A stretch of DNA of 64,000 nucleotides, taken from Eimeria praecox. Taxonomy: Eukaryota. The stretch lies in contig OY986946.1 in assembly GCA_963920595.1 (NCBI GenBank), forward strand, positions 9,052,001-9,116,000, given 5' to 3'. How positions within the stretch are numbered: position 1 is the first letter of the stretch; each line of letters begins with the position of its first letter. The notes beneath the pieces were generated by a model. The model saw only the letters and a program-made list of their open reading frames with translations. It was not told the DNA's origin and did no database searches. The position numbers and the translations under genes were made by a program. Of the stretch, positions 24,901 to 36,900 are shown piece by piece.

Positions 24901-27900
24901 ATGTGGGAATGCGTTTTAGTGTTAGTAGGTTTTAAGTTGGTGTGGTAAGAGACAGAACGTTGCAGAGGGAGGGGGACAAGTGTCCGAACCAGGAATTGAA
25001 CCTGGGTTTACACGGCCACAACGTGTTGTCCTAGCCTCTAGACGATTCGGACCAGTGGCCCACCAGCACAGCCCAAGCTGCGTGGCGCCACAAGCAAGCA
25101 GTCCGCTGCGGCGAGTAGGGCCAGGCGTGGATTGCACACAGTAGACGGAGAGGGCTGTTGTACGGAGGCAAACAGACGTGAGACGGTGTGTGTTGAAGAC
25201 GCATTTGGCAACAGCATGCGTGCAAGGATGGGGTCCAACTGTACTCGGGAAGATGGCAAGGTGTCTGGAAGGCGTGTGTGGTGAGGGGTGTGACCGTTGG
25301 TCCGAATCGTCTAGAGGTTAGGACAACACGTTGTGGCCGTGTAAACCCAGGTTCAATTCCTGGTTCGGACACATTGGCGCGAGGCGAAACCGTTTTTTGC
25401 ATTCCTCCTTGTCTCACTGGTGTGTGCAGTGTGGGCCCAACCACTGGCCGGTCCAGACCACTGCGCTCGACGTCAAGAGGTGCAGTCTTATGCAGACAGG
25501 CGTCTCTGGCATTGTTTCTTTTGCACCGATTGTAATGGCGATAGGTTTGACGAGATTGTGCATTGGATTGGTTGTGATGGCTTTAGTGGAATTTGTGTGA
25601 GGCTTAGAGGGGACAGCGGAGTTTTGTGTGCATGGCTTGCTGGTGCACTTGGGAGAGGGTAGTGGGGGGGCTTTGAAGAGGCGAAGAGTACCGAATCTGC
25701 TTTATTTGCATGCTTTGTGTATGGGTATGTTTCACACATGTGTATAGGGTATGTATTGAGGGATGTGGGAATGCGTTTTAGTGTTAGTAGGTTTTAAGTT
25801 GGTGTGGTAAGAGACAGGACGTTGCAGAGGGAGGGGGACAAGTGTCCGAACCAGGAATTGAACCTGGGTTTACACGGCCACAACGTGTTGTCCTAACCTC
25901 TAGACGATTCGGACCAGTGGCCCACCAGCACAGCCCAAGCTGCGTGGCGCCACAAGCAAGCAGTCCGCTGCGGCGAGTAGGGCCAGGCGTGGATTGCACA
26001 CAGTAGACGGAGAGGGCTGTTGTACGGAGGCAAGCAGACGTGAGACGGTGTGTGTTGAAGACGCATTTGGCAACAGCATGCGTGCAAGGATGGGGTCCAA
26101 CTGTACTCGGGAAGATAGCAAGGTGTCTGGAAGGCGTGTGTGGTGAGGGGTGTGACCGTTGGTCCGAATCGTCTAGAGGTTAGGACAACACGTTGTGGCC
26201 GTGTAAACCCAGGTTCAATTCCTGGTTCGGACACATTGGCGCGAGGCGAAACCGTTTTTTGCATTCCTCCTTGTCTCACTGGTGTGTGCAGTGTGGGCCA
26301 AACCACTGGCCGGTCCAGACCACTGCGCTCGACGTCAAGAGGTGCAGTCTTATGCAGACAGGCGGCTCTGGCATTGTTTCTTTTGCACCGATTGTAATGG
26401 CGATAGGTTTGACGAGATTGTGCATTGGATTGGTTGTGATGGCTTTAGTGGAATTTGTGTGAGGCTTAGAGGGGACAGCGGAGTTTTGTGTGCATGGCTA
26501 GGTGGTGCACTTGGGAGAGGGTAGCGGGGGTGGTTTGATGAGGCAACGAGTACCGAATCTTCTTTATTTGCATGCGTTGTGTATGGGTATGTTTCACACG
26601 TGTGTGTAGGGTATGTATTGAGGGATGTGGCAATGAGTTGTAATGTTAGTAGGTTTTGAGTTGGTGTGGTAAGAGACAGAACGTTGCAAAGGGAGGGGGA
26701 CAAGTGTCCGAACCAGGAATTGAACCTGGGTTTACACGGCCACAACGTGTTGTCCTAACCTCTAGACGATTCGGACCAGTGGTCCACAAGCACAGCTCGG
26801 CGTGTCGTGCGTGGCGGCAAACACAAACAGCCAGCAGAGGCGAGTAGGGTCAGGCGTGGATTGCACACAGTAGATCGAGAGGGCTGTTGTACGGAGGTAA
26901 GCAGGCGTGAGGCGGGGTGTGTTGAACACGCATTTGGCAACAGCATGCGTGCAAGGATGGGGTCCAACTGTACTCGGGAAGATAGCAAGGTGTCTGGAGG
27001 GCGTGGGTGGTGAGGGGTGTGACTGTTGGTCCGAATCGTCTAGAGGTTAGGACAACACGTTGTGGCCGTGTAAACCCAGGTTCGATTCCTGGTTCGGACA
27101 CATTGGCGCGAGGCAAAACGGTTTTTTGCATTCCTCCTTGCCTCGCTAGTGTGCGCAATGTGGGCCAAACGAGTCGCCTGTCCAGACCACTACGCTCGAC
27201 GTCAAGAAGTGCAGTCTTATGCAGGCAGGCGTCTCTGGCATTGTTTCTTTTGCACCGATTGTAATGGCGATAGGTTTGACGAGATTGTGCATTGGATTGG
27301 TTGTGATGGCTTTAGTGGAATTTGTGTGAGGCTTAGAGGGGACAGCGGAGCTTTGTGTGCATGGCTAGGTGGTGCACTTGGGAGAGGGTAGCGGGGGTGG
27401 TTTGATGAGGCAACGAGTACCGAATCTTCTTTATTTGCATGCGTTGTGTATGGGTATGTTTCACACGTGTGTGTAGGGTATGTATTGAGGGATGTGGCAA
27501 TGAGTTGTAATGTTAGTAGGTTTTGAGTTGGTGTGGTAAGAGACTGAACGTTGCAAAGGGAGGGGGACAAGTGTCCGAACCAGGAATTGAACCTGGGTTT
27601 ACACGGCCACAACGTGTTGTCCTAACCTCTAGACGATTCGGACCAGTGGTCCACAAGCACAGCTCGGCGTGTCGTGCGTGGCGCCAAACACAAACAGCCA
27701 GCAGAGGCGAGTAGGGTCAGGCGTGGATTGCACACAGTAAGTTCAAAGAGCCGTTGCAAACAGGGCAGCAGAGATGACCCATGCTGTGTTAACGGCGCAT
27801 TTGGCAACAGGATGCGTGCAAGGATAGGGTCCAACTGTACTCGGGAAGATAGCAAGGTGTCTGGAGGGCGTGGGTGGTGAGGGGTGTGACTGTTGGTCCG

Positions 27901-30900
27901 AATCGTCTAGAGGTTAGGACAACACGTTGTGGCCGTGTAAACCCAGGTTCGATTCCTGGTTCGGACACATTGGCGCGAGGCAAAACGGTTTTTTGCATTC
28001 CTCCTTGCCTCGCTAGTGTGCGCAATGTGGGCCAAACGAGTCGCCTGTCCAGACCACTACGCTCGACGTCAAGAAGTGCAGTCTTATGCAGGCAGGCGGC
28101 TCTGGCATTGTTTCTTTTGCACCGATTGTAATGGCGATAGGTTTGACGAGATTGTGCATTGGATTGGTTGTGATGGCTTTAGTGGAATTTGTGTGAGGCT
28201 TAGAGGGGACAGCGGAGTTTTGTGTGCATGGCTAGGTGGTGCACTTGGGAGAGGGTAGCGGGGGTGGTTTGATGAGGCAACGAGTACCGAATCTTCTTTA
28301 TTTGCATGCGTTGTGTATGGGTATGTTTCACACGTGTGTGTAGGGTATGTATTGAGGGATGTGGCAATGAGTTGTAATGTTAGTAGGTTTTGAGTTGGTG
28401 TGGTAAGAGACTGAACGTTGCAAAGGGAGGGGGACAAGTGTCCGAACCAGGAATTGAACCTGGGTTTACACGGCCACAACGTGTTGTCCTAACCTCTAGA
28501 CGATTCGGACCAGTGGTCCACAAGCACAGCTCGGCGTGTCATGCGTGGCGCCAAACACAAACAGCCAGCAGAGGCGAGTAGGGTCAGGCGTGGATTGCAC
28601 ACAGTACGTTCAAAGAGCCGTTGCAAGCAGGGCAGCAGAGATGACACATGCTGTGTTAACGGCGCATTTGGCAACAGGATGCGTGCAAGGATAGGGTCCA
28701 ACTGTACTCGGGAAGATAGCAAGGTGTCTGGAGGGCGTGGGTGGTGAGGGGTGTGACTGTTGGTCCGAATCGTCTAGAGGTTAGGACAACACGTTGTGGC
28801 CGTGTAAACCCAGGTTCAATTCCTGGTTCGGACACATTGGCGCGAGGCAAAACGGTTTTTTGCATTCCTCCTTGCCTCGCTAGTGTGCGCAATGTGGGCC
28901 AAACGAGTCGCCTGTCCAGACCACTACGCTCGACGTCAAGAAGTGCAGTCTTATGCAGGCAGGCGGCTCTGGCATTGTTTCTTTTGCACCGATTGTAATG
29001 GCGATAGGTTTGACGAGATTGTGCATTGGATTGGTTGTGATGGCTTTAGTGGAATTTGTGTGAGGCTTAGAGGGGACAGCGGAGTTTTGTGTGCATGGCT
29101 AGGTGGTGCACTTGGGAGAGGGTAGCGGGGGTGGTTTGATGAGGCAACGAGTACCGAATCTTCTTTATTTGCATGCGTTGTGTATGGGTATGTTTCACAC
29201 GTGTGTGTAGGGTATGTATTGAGGGATGTGGCAATGAGTTGTAATGTTAGTAGGTTTTGAGTTGGTGTGGTAAGAGACTGAACGTTGCAAAGGGAGGGGG
29301 ACAAGTGTCCGAACCAGGAATTGAACCTGGGTTTACACGGCCACAACGTGTTGTCCTAACCTCTAGACGATTCGGACCAGTGGTCCACAAGCACAGCTCG
29401 GCGTGTCGTGCGTGGCGCCAAACACAAACAGCCAGCAGAGGCGAGTAGGGCCAGGCGTGGATTGCACACAGTAAGTTCAAAGAGCCGTTGCAAGCAGGGC
29501 AGCAGAGATGACACATGCTGTGTTAACGGCGCATTTGGCAACAGGATGCGTGCAAGGATAGGGTCCAACTGTACTCGGGAAGATAGCAAGGTGTCTGGAG
29601 GGCGTGGGTGGTGAGGGGTGTGACTGTTGGTCCGAATCGTCTAGAGGTTAGGACAACACGTTGTGGCCGTGTAAACCCAGGTTCAATTCCTGGTTCGGAC
29701 ACATTGGCGAGAGGGGAAACCGTTTTTTGCATTCCTCCTTGTCTCACTGGTGTGTGCAGTGTGGGCCAAACCACTGGCCGGTCCAGACCACTGCGCTCGA
29801 CGTCAAGAGGTGCAGTCTTATGCAGACAGGCGTCTCTGGCATTGTTTCTTTTGCACCGATTGTAATGGCGATAGGTTTGACGAGATTGTGCATTGGATTG
29901 GTTGTGATGGCTTTAGTGGAATTTGTGTGAGGCTTAGAGGGGACAGCGGAGTTTTGTGTGCATGGCTAGGTGGTGCACTTGGGAGAGGGTAGCGGGGGTG
30001 GTTTGATGAGGCAACGAGTACCGAATCTTCTTTATTTGCATGCGTTGTGTATGGGTATGTTTCACACGTGTGTGTAGGGTATGTATTGAGGGATGTGGCA
30101 ATGAGTTGTAATGTTAGTAGGTTTTGAGTTGGTGTGGTAAGAGACTGAACGTTGCAAAGGGAGGGGGACAAGTGTCCGAACCAGGAATTGAACCTGGGTT
30201 TACACGGCCACAACGTGTTGTCCTAACCTCTAGACGATTCGGACCAGTGGTCCACAAGCACAGCTCGGCGTGTCGTGCGTGGCGCCAAACACAAACAGCC
30301 AGCAGAGGCGAGTAGGGTCAGGCGTGGATTGCACACAGTAAGTTCAAAGAGCCGTTGCAAACAGGGCAGCAGAGATGACCCATGCTGTGTTAACGGCGCA
30401 TTTGGCAACAGGATGCGTGCAAGGATAGGGTCCAACTGTACTCGGGAAGATAGCAAGGTGTCTGGAGGGCGTGGGTGGTGAGGGGTGTGACTGTTGGTCC
30501 GAATCGTCTAGAGGTTAGGACAACACGTTGTGGCCGTGTAAACCCAGGTTCGATTCCTGGTTCGGACACATTGGCGCGAGGCAAAACGGTTTTTTGCATT
30601 CCTCCTTGCCTCGCTAGTGTGCGCAATGTGGGCCAAACGAGTCGCCTGTCCAGACCACTACGCTCGACGTCAAGAAGTGCAGTCTTATGCAGGCAGGCGG
30701 CTCTGGCATTGTTTCTTTTGCACCGATTGTAATGGCGATAGGTTTGACGAGATTGTGCATTGGATTGGTTGTGATGGCTTTAGTGGAATTTGTGTGAGGC
30801 TTAGAGGGGACAGCGGAGCTTTGTGTGCATGGCTAGGTGGTGCACTTGGGAGAGGGTAGCGGGGGTGGTTTGATGAGGCAACGAGTACCGAATCTTCTTT

Positions 30901-33900
30901 ATTTGCATGCGTTGTGTATGGGTATGTTTCACACGTGTGTGTAGGGTATGTATTGAGGGATGTGGCAATGAGTTGTAATGTTAGTAGGTTTTGAGTTGGT
31001 GTGGTAAGAGACTGAACGTTGCAAAGGGAGGGGGACAAGTGTCCGAACCAGGAATTGAACCTGGGTTTACACGGCCACAACGTGTTGTCCTAACCTCTAG
31101 ACGATTCGGACCAGTGGTCCACAAGCACAGCTCGGCGTGTCGTGCGTGGCGCCAAACACAAACAGCCAGCAGAGGCGAGTAGGGTCAGGCGTGGATTGCA
31201 CACAGTAAGTTCAAAGAGCCGTTGCAAGCAGGGCAGCAGAGATGACACATGCTGTGTTAACGGCGCATTTGGCAACAGGATGCGTGCAAGGATAGGGTCC
31301 AACTGTACTCGGGAAGATAGCAAGGTGTCTGGAGGGCGTGGGTGGTGAGGGGTGTGACTGTTGGTCCGAATCGTCTAGAGGTTAGGACAACACGTTGTGG
31401 CCGTGTAAACCCAGGTTCGATTCCTGGTTCGGACACATTGGCGCGAGGCAAAACGGTTTTTTGCATTCCTCCTTGCCTCGCTAGTGTGCGCAATGTGGGC
31501 CAAACGAGTCGCCTGTCCAGACCACTACGCTCGACGTCAAGAAGTGCAGTCTTATGCAGGCAGGCGGCTCTGGCATTGTTTCTTTTGCACCGATTGTAAT
31601 GGCGATAGGTTTGACGAGATTGTGCATTGGATTGGTTGTGATGGCTTTAGTGGAATTTGTGTGAGGCTTAGAGGGGACAGCGGAGTTTTGTGTGCATGGC
31701 TAGGTGGTGCACTTGGGAGAGGGTAGCGGGGGTGGTTTGATGAGGCAACGAGTACCGAATCTTCTTTATTTGCATGCGTTGTGTATGGGTATGTTTCACA
31801 CGTGTGTGTAGGGTATGTATTGAGGGATGTGGCAATGAGTTGTAATGTTAGTAGGTTTTGAGTTGGTGTGGTAAGAGACAGAACGTTGCAAAGGGAGGGG
31901 GACAAGTGTCCGAACCAGGAATTGAACCTGGGTTTACACGGCCACAACGTGTTGTCCTAACCTCTAGACGATTCGGACCAGTGGTCCACAAGCACAGCTC
32001 GGCGTGTCATGCGTGGCGCCAAACACAAACAGCCAGCAGAGGCGAGTAGGGTCAGGCGTGGATTGCACACAGTACGTTCAAAGAGCCGTTGCAAGCAGGG
32101 CAGCAGAGATGACACATGCTGTGTTAACGGCGCATTTGGCAACAGGATGCGTGCAAGGATAGGGTCCAACTGTACTCGGGAAGATAGCAAGGTGTCTGGA
32201 GGGCGTGGGTGGTGAGGGGTGTGACTGTTGGTCCGAATCGTCTAGAGGTTAGGACAACACGTTGTGGCCGTGTAAACCCAGGTTCAATTCCTGGTTCGGA
32301 CACATTGGCGCGAGGCAAAACGGTTTTTTGCATTCCTCCTTGCCTCGCTAGTGTGCGCAATGTGGGCCAAACCAGTCGCCTGTCCAGACCACTACGCTCG
32401 ACGTCAAGAAGTGCAGTCTTATGCAGGCAGGCGGCTCTGGCATTGTTTCTTTTGCACCGATTGTAATGGCGATAGGTTTGACGAGATTGTGCATTGGATT
32501 GGTTGTGATGGCTTTAGTGGAATTTGTGTGAGGCTTAGAGGGGACAGCGGAGTTTTGTGTGCATGGCTAGGTGGTGCACTTGGGAGAGGGTAGCGGGGGT
32601 GGTTTGATGAGGCAACGAGTACCGAATCTTCTTTATTTGCATGCGTTGTGTATGGGTATGTTTCACACGTGTGTGTAGGGTATGTATTGAGGGATGTGGC
32701 AATGAGTTGTAATGTTAGTAGGTTTTGAGTTGGTGTGGTAAGAGACTGAACGTTGCAAAGGGAGGGGGACAAGTGTCCGAACCAGGAATTGAACCTGGGT
32801 TTACACGGCCACAACGTGTTGTCCTAACCTCTAGACGATTCGGACCAGTGGTCCACAAGCACAGCTCGGCGTGTCGTGCGTGGCGCCAAACACAAACAGC
32901 CAGCAGAGGCGAGTAGGGCCAGGCGTGGATTGCACACAGTAAGTTCAAAGAGCCGTTGCAAGCAGGGCAGCAGAGATGACACATGCTGTGTTAACGGCGC
33001 ATTTGGCAACAGGATGCGTGCAAGGATAGGGTCCAACTGTACTCGGGAAGATAGCAAGGTGTCTGGAGGGCGTGGGTGGTGAGGGGTGTGACTGTTGGTC
33101 CGAATCGTCTAGAGGTTAGGACAACACGTTGTGGCCGTGTAAACCCAGGTTCAATTCCTGGTTCGGACACATTGGCGAGAGGGGAAACCGTTTTTTGCCT
33201 TCCTCCTTGTCTCACTGGTGTGTGCAGTGTGGGCCAAACCACTGGCCGGTCCAGACCACTGCGCTCGACGTCAAGAGGTGCAGTCTTATGCAGACAGGCG
33301 TCTCTGGCATTGTTTCTTTTGCACCGATTGTAATGGCGATAGGTTTGACGAGATTGTGCATTGGATTGGTTGTGATGGCTTTAGTGGAATTTGTGTGAGG
33401 CTTAGAGGGGACAGCGGAGTTTTGTGTGCATGGCTAGGTGGTGCACTTGGGAGAGGGTAGCGGGGGTGGTTTGATGAGGCAACGAGTACCGAATCTTCTT
33501 TATTTGCATGCGTTGTGTATGGGTATGTTTCACACGTGTGTGTAGGGTATGTATTGAGGGATGTGGCAATGAGTTGTAATGTTAGTAGGTTTTGAGTTGG
33601 TGTGGTAAGAGACTGAACGTTGCAAAGGGAGGGGGACAAGTGTCCGAACCAGGAATTGAACCTGGGTTTACACGGCCACAACGTGTTGTCCTAACCTCTA
33701 GACGATTCGGACCAGTGGTCCACAAGCACAGCTCGGCGTGTCGTGCGTGGCGCCAAACACAAACAGCCAGCAGAGGCGAGTAGGGTCAGGCGTGGATTGC
33801 ACACAGTAAGTTCAAAGAGCCGTTGCAAACAGGGCAGCAGAGATGACCCATGCTGTGTTAACGGCGCATTTGGCAACAGGATGCGTGCAAGGATAGGGTC

Positions 33901-36900
33901 CAACTGTACTCGGGAAGATAGCAAGGTGTCTGGAGGGCGTGGGTGGTGAGGGGTGTGACTGTTGGTCCGAATCGTCTAGAGGTTAGGACAACACGTTGTG
34001 GCCGTGTAAACCCAGGTTCGATTCCTGGTTCGGACACATTGGCGCGAGGCAAAACGGTTTTTTGCATTCCTCCTTGCCTCGCTAGTGTGCGCAATGTGGG
34101 CCAAACGAGTCGCCTGTCCAGACCACTACGCTCGACGTCAAGAAGTGCAGTCTTATGCAGGCAGGCGGCTCTGGCATTGTTTCTTTTGCACCGATTGTAA
34201 TGGCGATAGGTTTGACGAGATTGTGCATTGGATTGGTTGTGATGGCTTTAGTGGAATTTGTGTGAGGCTTAGAGGGGACAGCGGAGCTTTGTGTGCATGG
34301 CTAGGTGGTGCACTTGGGAGAGGGTAGCGGGGGTGGTTTGATGAGGCAACGAGTACCGAATCTTCTTTATTTGCATGCGTTGTGTATGGGTATGTTTCAC
34401 ACGTGTGTGTAGGGTATGTATTGAGGGATGTGGCAATGAGTTGTAATGTTAGTAGGTTTTGAGTTGGTGTGGTAAGAGACTGAACGTTGCAAAGGGAGGG
34501 GGACAAGTGTCCGAACCAGGAATTGAACCTGGGTTTACACGGCCACAACGTGTTGTCCTAACCTCTAGACGATTCGGACCAGTGGTCCACAAGCACAGCT
34601 CGGCGTGTCGTGCGTGGCGCCAAACACAAACAGCCAGCAGAGGCGAGTAGGGTCAGGCGTGGATTGCACACAGTAAGTTCAAAGAGCCGTTGCAAGCAGG
34701 GCAGCAGAGATGACACATGCTGTGTTAACGGCGCATTTGGCAACAGGATGCGTGCAAGGATAGGGTCCAACTGTACTCGGGAAGATAGCAAGGTGTCTGG
34801 AGGGCGTGGGTGGTGAGGGGTGTGACTGTTGGTCCGAATCGTCTAGAGGTTAGGACAACACGTTGTGGCCGTGTAAACCCAGGTTCGATTCCTGGTTCGG
34901 ACACATTGGCGCGAGGCAAAACGGTTTTTTGCATTCCTCCTTGCCTCGCTAGTGTGCGCAATGTGGGCCAAACGAGTCGCCTGTCCAGACCACTACGCTC
35001 GACGTCAAGAAGTGCAGTCTTATGCAGGCAGGCGGCTCTGGCATTGTTTCTTTTGCACCGATTGTAATGGCGATAGGTTTGACGAGATTGTGCATTGGAT
35101 TGGTTGTGATGGCTTTAGTGGAATTTGTGTGAGGCTTAGAGGGGACAGCGGAGTTTTGTGTGCATGGCTAGGTGGTGCACTTGGGAGAGGGTAGCGGGGG
35201 TGGTTTGATGAGGCAACGAGTACCGAATCTTCTTTATTTGCATGCGTTGTGTATGGGTATGTTTCACACGTGTGTGTAGGGTATGTATTGAGGGATGTGG
35301 CAATGAGTTGTAATGTTAGTAGGTTTTGAGTTGGTGTGGTAAGAGACTGAACGTTGCAAAGGGAGGGGGACAAGTGTCCGAACCAGGAATTGAACCTGGG
35401 TTTACACGGCCACAACGTGTTGTCCTAACCTCTAGACGATTCGGACCAGTGGTCCACAAGCACAGCTCGGCGTGTCATGCGTGGCGCCAAACACAAACAG
35501 CCAGCAGAGGCGAGTAGGGTCAGGCGTGGATTGCACACAGTACGTTCAAAGAGCCGTTGCAAGCAGGGCAGCAGAGATGACACATGCTGTGTTAACGGCG
35601 CATTTGGCAACAGGATGCGTGCAAGGATAGGGTCCAACTGTACTCGGGAAGATAGCAAGGTGTCTGGAGGGCGTGGGTGGTGAGGGGTGTGACTGTTGGT
35701 CCGAATCGTCTAGAGGTTAGGACAACACGTTGTGGCCGTGTAAACCCAGGTTCAATTCCTGGTTCGGACACATTGGCGCGAGGCAAAACGGTTTTTTGCA
35801 TTCCTCCTTGCCTCGCTAGTGTGCGCAATGTGGGCCAAACCAGTCGCCTGTCCAGACCACTACGCTCGACGTCAAGAAGTGCAGTCTTATGCAGGCAGGC
35901 GGCTCTGGCATTGTTTCTTTTGCACCGATTGTAATGGCGATAGGTTTGACGAGATTGTGCATTGGATTGGTTGTGATGGCTTTAGTGGAATTTGTGTGAG
36001 GCTTAGAGGGGACAGCGGAGTTTTGTGTGCATGGCTAGGTGGTGCACTTGGGAGAGGGTAGCGGGGGTGGTTTGATGAGGCAACGAGTACCGAATCTTCT
36101 TTATTTGCATGCGTTGTGTATGGGTATGTTTCACACGTGTGTGTAGGGTATGTATTGAGGGATGTGGCAATGAGTTGTAATGTTAGTAGGTTTTGAGTTG
36201 GTGTGGTAAGAGACTGAACGTTGCAAAGGGAGGGGGACAAGTGTCCGAACCAGGAATTGAACCTGGGTTTACACGGCCACAACGTGTTGTCCTAACCTCT
36301 AGACGATTCGGACCAGTGGTCCACAAGCACAGCTCGGCGTGTCGTGCGTGGCGCCAAACACAAACAGCCAGCAGAGGCGAGTAGGGCCAGGCGTGGATTG
36401 CACACAGTAAGTTCAAAGAGCCGTTGCAAGCAGGGCAGCAGAGATGACACATGCTGTGTTAACGGCGCATTTGGCAACAGGATGCGTGCAAGGATAGGGT
36501 CCAACTGTACTCGGGAAGATAGCAAGGTGTCTGGAGGGCGTGGGTGGTGAGGGGTGTGACTGTTGGTCCGAATCGTCTAGAGGTTAGGACAACACGTTGT
36601 GGCCGTGTAAACCCAGGTTCAATTCCTGGTTCGGACACATTGGCGAGAGGGGAAACCGTTTTTTGCCTTCCTCCTTGTCTCACTGGTGTGTGCAGTGTGG
36701 GCCAAACCACTGGCCGGTCCAGACCACTGCGCTCGACGTCAAGAGGTGCAGTCTTATGCAGACAGGCGTCTCTGGCATTGTTTCTTTTGCACCGATTGTA
36801 ATGGCGATAGGTTTGACGAGATTGTGCATTGGATTGGTTGTGATGGCTTTAGTGGAATTTGTGTGAGGCTTAGAGGGGACAGCGGAGTTTTGTGTGCATG

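Larger units (their letters stand above)
1..26500. repeat. Tandem tRNA-His gene array, 862-bp unit type (about 31 units; continues past the left window edge)
   Basis: Exact 862-bp periodicity: + tRNA at 302+862k (k=0..30) and - tRNA at 845+862k (k=0..30; the last of these lies just beyond the type switch). Each unit is - tRNA, 247-bp divergent spacer, + tRNA, 471-bp convergent spacer. Units differ only by scattered SNPs. Confidence 0.98.
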
